Source: Trichoplax adhaerens
Taxonomy: Eukaryota; Animalia; Placozoa
Direction of reading: 5' to 3'
DNA length: 7,620 nt
NCBI RefSeq assembly: GCF_000150275.1
Contig: NW_002061223.1
Span: forward strand, 1-7,620
Below are positions 1-7,620 of the stretch, in pieces. The translations under genes were made by a program, and so were the position numbers. The notes beneath the pieces were generated by a model. That model was not told where the DNA came from. It saw nothing but the letters and a program-made list of their open reading frames with translations, and did no database searches. Each line of letters begins with the position of its first letter. The first letter of the stretch is position 1.

Positions 1-131
1 ATGGTAGGCTCTAATGCATTGTAAGCATACGGCAGTGGCGGTAAGTCATGCTTCCTTCTAGCTTGAGTGATGAACAGTGCACTATGGCAGCTATTTCTTC
101 CTAAAGATTGGCGAAGAACGTTGGCTAACAT
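1..131 (-). CDS. SOD2: Mitochondrial Mn-superoxide dismutase, N-terminal part (truncated by window edge)
   Basis: Reverse complement from ATG at 131-129 reads MLANVLRQSLGRNSCHSALFITQARR-KHDLPPLPYAYNALEPT(I). This is an Arg/Ser/Leu-rich presequence with no acidic residues, followed by the Fe/Mn-SOD N-terminal signature KHxLPxLPYxYxALEP. The ORF track misses it because the frame has no stop inside the window. Confidence 0.95.
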   Translation of the reverse strand, partial: MLANVLRQSLGRNSCHSALFITQARRKHDLPPLPYAYNALEPT

Positions 132-233
132 TTCGTTTGTTGTTTTTCACTCGCTTAGCTTTAGCTGCTTTTCCTGGCAAGAAAAGGTTCGGCGTATGTG
201 ATTTGTTGTGTAAGGCTGCTGGCTGTCATCTTT

Positions 234-470
234 TACAGTACAGTACAGTACAGTTATGTACAGAACGTACGGTACATTATTTTACAATGGAAGTACACAT
301 ACATACGGATTGACGGACGTGCTCCAGGCATACAGTGTACAGTGTACAGTACATTACTCCAAGTTTTTACACACAACTGTGTACTGTACATTGTACTGTA
401 CATGGACGTCTTCGCGGTCTGGTCCGGTTCGGACCTTGGTGAGTACAATACTCTTCTGTACAGTACTATA
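234..470. repeat. TACAG/CTGTA low-complexity repeat cluster
   Basis: (TACAG)4 at 234-253, TACAGTGTACAGTGTACAGTACA at 331-353, TGTACTGTACATTGTACTGTACA at 380-402, further copies to about 470. Confidence 0.85.
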
Positions 471-617
471 GAATAGAATTTAAAGATGGTAACTGGTACT
501 GGTTAGCTGTTTCTGGAATGTCGTCACAATTCGTGACATGGACATTGGACATTCGGATATGGACGCACTAGTGGCTAGGCTACTGACTACATGGAGTAGA
601 CTGTAGTAAATGACTTT

Positions 618-651
618 GTAAGTGAAATCCTATTAGTAAGTGAAATCCTAT
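618..651. repeat. Perfect 16-bp direct repeat, period 18
   Basis: GTAAGTGAAATCCTAT at 618-633 and 636-651, separated by TA. Confidence 0.9.
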
Positions 652-711
652 AGGCCGAAAATGTCCAAGTGACTTATTGGTATCAAGCCCTACGAATGTT
701 GTATTGCTACG

Positions 712-731
712 ATAGTACTATATAGTACTAT
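712..731. repeat. Perfect 20-bp palindrome
   Basis: ATAGTACTATATAGTACTAT, which is also a tandem dimer of the 10-bp palindrome ATAGTACTAT. Confidence 0.9.
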
Positions 732-1330
732 TGCTCTACTTATCCTCACCTTCGATGCTCTATTTCTATTCACTTATTCACTACTATTCATTTCAAAACA
801 TTGTTGATGTTCAATAACCGCTTTCAAGCAGAACTTACTATACTGCAGGATTCAATGAAATAATACTTAATTTCGAGGCTAAGTCATAAACAGAATGGAG
901 CAATTCTATATACTGTATACTACAGTAGGTCTAGAACGAATAGAAAGTATTTGGAACACATTCCTTTTCAGACGAGATGAGTCTCCATGTCCAACTGTCC
1001 GAGGACCCATCGAGTCGATGGCCCAAGACAATAAAACTCTTTCTACAGTACAGTACAAATGTATGGTAAAGTACAGTACAGGACAGTCCAGCGCTAGCTA
1101 TACTGTACTCTGGCTGCCTAGTGTACTATACGACGTCACTGTTCCATTCAAGCCAATACGGCCATATTCGCAGTAATGCCATTGGCATGAGATAGCACGT
1201 TGACCACCTTTTGTTGTTGGCCATGGGCCTTGTGCTTGTACCATGCCCAGTAGTAGTAGCGTACAAATGTGACAATCTTTCCGCGCTTTAACCTAACTTC
1301 AGTGCTAATTCTACTGTATGTACGGCGGTA

Positions 1331-4426
<3,096 letters not shown>

Positions 4427-4804
4427 TCTATTGGACTGATGCCGTGAATCTGAAAATGACCGGGATCTAGTTTTTAGATTGTGGTAAATGTACTATAAAC
4501 ATGTTGTAATTATCAGCTGTGGTAGCATAAAATAGTTCATCAAAGTGAGCGCCAGGACACGTATCATCCATCATACTATCATGATCTATTTAACTATATA
4601 TGTTTACGGTAGATGATAGTATTTATTAAACTATTTGATAAGTCAGCAGCTATTGCATTCTTTATCAGTTATTATTAAAATACAATGAACTCTTCTGACG
4701 CTCCCTTTGATAGCAAGTAACTTTAGTTTCACTCTTAACCTGTGATAAATTTATAGTGTATAAAGATACGTAGACTCATTAACACGCGATTGGTTTATAC
4801 CTTT

Positions 4805-4810
4805 AATAAA
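4805..4810 (+). terminator. Candidate polyadenylation signal for WDR5
   Basis: First AATAAA I find downstream of the stop. Weaker ATTAAA variants occur at 4625-4630 and 4674-4679. The AT-rich background limits specificity. Confidence 0.35.
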
Positions 4811-6744
4811 CTATTGCTTACTTCGATATTAGATTCTGACGTTATTCTATATTATAATATGTATATTTAATATACTGTAGCTGCGTCAAAGTTTTTGATC
4901 CTATCGATGTATTTATTTATTGTTGGAAAGGCTAAGTATCTTACGGTAGTGCTGTAGCTTCATACCATCAGGATTAACCTCAACGTATATGTACGAGTAT
5001 ATATATAGTACATTAGAGGGTCAAAGGATTACAGTACCTACAGTGTGGTACGCTGCTGACAATAAAATTAATTGATAGTTATTAAAAAATGCTGCTGAAT
5101 AAATGGATTATCAGTATTGCTGAAGATGAGGTTACACTATGCGAAAGAAATGCGAAATTNTTAGCTAATTTTAACTACTATGCACCCATGTATGCATAAA
5201 CGTGTCTACGTACGTGTGCTAATGTTGGCTTTAGATATTGAAGTAAAAGAGAAGGCGTGTTATTGCTTGGCTACTGTAATATTACCAGGGAGCACAATAA
5301 AATGGTGTTTTCTTCCCCCATTACTTCATCATAGCTAAAAATTTTCCAGAATGATACGTTATACACTTAAATACTTAGATCGATGGAAGCATAAACGTTA
5401 GGTACTGTATTCTTTATGTAGTGAAGTATGCTATTAAGTATTCATGCATTAGCGAGTGTAAATGTTAGAAGTAGTAGTATCCTGGTAAGAGATATTGTAT
5501 ACTGAGAGCAGAGACTACTAAAAAGAAAGGGACAAGATAGGAAGCGATCATTCACTATACTAATGATGTAGAGACTTATTGTTTTACGGTTCATTTCAAC
5601 TGTATCGCATGTCTGCAATAGTACGTATACTACTGTCTACGATTGACATCCAAATTAGCTACGATTAGCCTGCTAAATTGGTTTTGTGTAGTATGGCATA
5701 CGGTTTCATTGGTACTGTATAGCAGAATGATTGAAAAAATGATAAGTCTTCACATTATTTGGCACTGAAGGCCGCTTCCTGTCCCGTCTCTGCGAAGAGT
5801 TAGCCAGTTGTAAAACATTATGAATTACAGGATATAACGTAGACAATCGAATAACTACGATTGTAATTGATTGTGTTGTATCGAAAAAGCGTTATTAATC
5901 ATATAAAAGAGATATCGTAAAATATCGTTCATTACGATCGACTAAAGGCTGATCAATCGAATCGTTATTGTGCTGCTAGGTCGCTAATACAGTATGTTAC
6001 ATGCAAGTATATTGGATATTGGACTCGCATTTATAGAAACTACGGCTGAAATTGCTAGCGTGATCACAACGGCATGATTGACGTTCTTTATTATTATTAC
6101 ATCAATATGAGACGAATAGCTAGTACTGGTGTGCTGTACTATACAAGTGTAGACAGCTTACAGTGCAGTGCATCAATGTAAATCTGAATAACAACCAGGC
6201 TGCCTTGAATTTGTACGTCGAAGTTTGATTCCTCGATTGGTTTTTAGATGCTGATTGCTGCAAAAATTGAAACTGAACGGCAGTTGTATCCTGTAGACTG
6301 TACAGTACAGTGTACCTACTCTATGAGAGCAAGTGTATTATCAGGACTGTACTATACTGTAGCAGTATTATGACCAAGCTGCACTATAGACAGCTAGTCA
6401 AAATTTACTTTCTACTGTAAGCACTGAGTCACCGACAGCACACTTTACTTACACTACAGTACAGTAAAGTACTATCAAGCTGACCATGGTATTGTGCAAA
6501 ATGAGCTGTCACCCCTTGAGTCTTCTTCGGTAATTTTTATTGTCCATCCATAGCATTCATCAATCAATCGGGTCAGACTATGACAAATTTCCCTACATAC
6601 AGTAGTTTTACCTCATAATCAAAAGTGGTCATAAAGTCAGAGAGGCAACGATGACAACTTATTTTGCACAGAGTACTAGCATCGTATGAGGTAATTGTCT
6701 TCCCTTGTCACATAGTGCACACGGAATAGATTGCAATTGTGGAA

Positions 6745-6806
6745 TGTACTGTACTGTACACTGTACTGTACAGTAGAGACCCTTATTATTTGTGTCCAGT
6801 ACAGTA
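6745..6806. repeat. CTGTA/TACAG repeat cluster immediately upstream of the PHYHD1-like ATG
   Basis: TGTACTGTACTGTACACTGTACTGTACAGTA at 6745-6775 and CAGTACAGTA at 6797-6806. Confidence 0.8.
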
Positions 6807-6822
6807 GGTAAAACCGCTCAAA

Positions 6823-6858
6823 ATGGATGGAAGTCTGAATGACGAGCAAATTCAGAAG
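6823..6858 (+). CDS. PHYHD1: Phytanoyl-CoA dioxygenase domain-containing protein 1-like, exon 1
   Basis: AAAATGG start context, reads MDGSLNDEQIQK, donor AAG|GTTAAT, phase 0. Resembles the PhyH-family start L(S/T)xxQxxx-F. Confidence 0.8.
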
Positions 6859-6981
6859 GTTAATTATTAAGTACTCTTGAATTGTAATTCTGATTTATTC
6901 CTGATGACAGGTATAATGGTCTATTGCATTATTATCAAGTAGTATCTGCTCCTTGATATTCTATCCAATGTGGAATATGTA

Positions 6982-6999
6982 TGTACAGTATACTGTACA
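6982..6999. repeat. Perfect 18-bp palindrome in PHYHD1-like intron 1
   Basis: TGTACAGTATACTGTACA is its own reverse complement. Confidence 0.9.
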
Positions 7000-7235
7000 A
7001 GTTGATGATATCTGCTGTACTGTAGGCGTATCATATTATGCGATAGTCTACTATTTCTTACGGAAAAGCAACATATATGGCATCATGATGGCATCACTTC
7101 GCGAGCAGCATGCATTATAAATAAATTTTAACCAATTTTCGATCGTTATATAAATCATGTACAGTGATTCGGGGATTATTTCAGGTCTGTTGATATGTTA
7201 AATTCACTTTGTTTTGTTTATGATCTGATCTTTAG

Positions 7236-7370
7236 TTTAATAAAGATGGATGCTTAATCATCGAAGATTTCTGCAGTGAAGAAGAGGTCCGATCGCTTCA
7301 ACTAGCATCGCAAGATCTACTTCATCAACTAGATATGTCCACTCATCCGAAAGCAGTTTTTAGTACCACG
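7236..7370 (+). CDS. PHYHD1: PHYHD1-like exon 2 (gene continues beyond the window)
   Basis: CTTTAG|FNKDGCLIIEDFCSEEEVRSLQLASQDLLHQLDMSTHPKAVFSTT|GTTGTT. Matches the PhyH N-terminal motif FxxDGxLxxxxFxSxEE and the PHYHD1-type HPxxxFST. The 3' boundary is inferred because an in-frame TAA follows two codons later. Confidence 0.82.
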
Positions 7371-7620
7371 GTTGTTTAATATTTTTATAAATACGATCAC
7401 CTATTGTAGCGTTATTTTCAGTCGTATGGTAATTGGGCGTTGATATCTTAATCTATAGATCTAGAAAGACTTTAGAGTAATAAATCAATCTTGTTACTTA
7501 TACGCGTATACTACTGTACGCGGTACGTACATCTTGGATAGAAAAAATAGTCTATTATCCTAAGCAAGACTTTATTGTTTACAGTTACCGTTAGCTATGA
7601 CAGCATATCTAAACGCAAAT

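Larger units (their letters stand above)
132..1330. promoter_or_regulatory. Divergent (head-to-head) SOD2/WDR5 intergenic region with both 5' UTRs and promoters
   Basis: Lies between two outward-facing start codons 1.2 kb apart. CCAAT at 1153-1157 and ATTGG at 1181-1185 sit upstream of WDR5. Transcription start sites cannot be determined from sequence alone. Confidence 0.6.

Noticed and set aside
77-476. Four overlapping ORFs (77-313, 198-476, 254-448, 256-471)
   Set aside because: The Y/S/T/V/Q/C-rich translations are by-products of the stop-poor TACAG repeats. One is antisense to SOD2, and none resembles a known protein.
618-651. Direct repeat as a CRISPR array or transposon target-site duplication
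   Set aside because: Only two copies with a 2-nt spacer, no cas or transposase sequence, and a eukaryotic context.
895-1176. 93-aa ORF upstream of WDR5
   Set aside because: Largely repeat-derived (STVQY-type peptides), in promoter territory, with no recognisable domain.
5235-5338. Plus-strand frame IEVKEKACYCLATVILPG..., faintly like the actin/ARP KEKLCY motif or a HEAT repeat
   Set aside because: Similarity is limited to about 6 residues, the flanks do not match, and there are no supporting neighbouring exons.

Overview
AT-rich, intron-containing eukaryotic (animal-type) genomic DNA with a 784-nt assembly gap (2681-3464). Most ORFs in the supplied track are spurious because the real genes are spliced. 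Three genes are recognisable by manual translation. (1) The 5' end of a mitochondrial Mn-superoxide dismutase (SOD2) lies on the minus strand and runs off the left edge. (2) A nearly complete multi-exon WDR5 gene lies on the plus strand (1331-4426), head-to-head with SOD2, with an apparent 1-nt frameshift next to the gap. (3) The first two exons of a PHYHD1-like 2-oxoglutarate/Fe(II) dioxygenase lie on the plus strand from 6823. The non-coding DNA near gene starts is dense in TACAG/CTGTA/GTAC low-complexity repeats and palindromes. The 2.4 kb between WDR5 and PHYHD1 holds several exon-like segments on the minus strand that may be an unannotated gene or lncRNA, but I could not assemble them into one frame. 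The compact introns and TACTGTAC-rich spacers suggest an early-branching metazoan such as a placozoan, which is inference only. I found no support for a prokaryotic-type system (CRISPR, mobile element, operon) and cannot demonstrate a novel system. The best leads are the antisense candidate gene and the promoter-associated repeat pattern.
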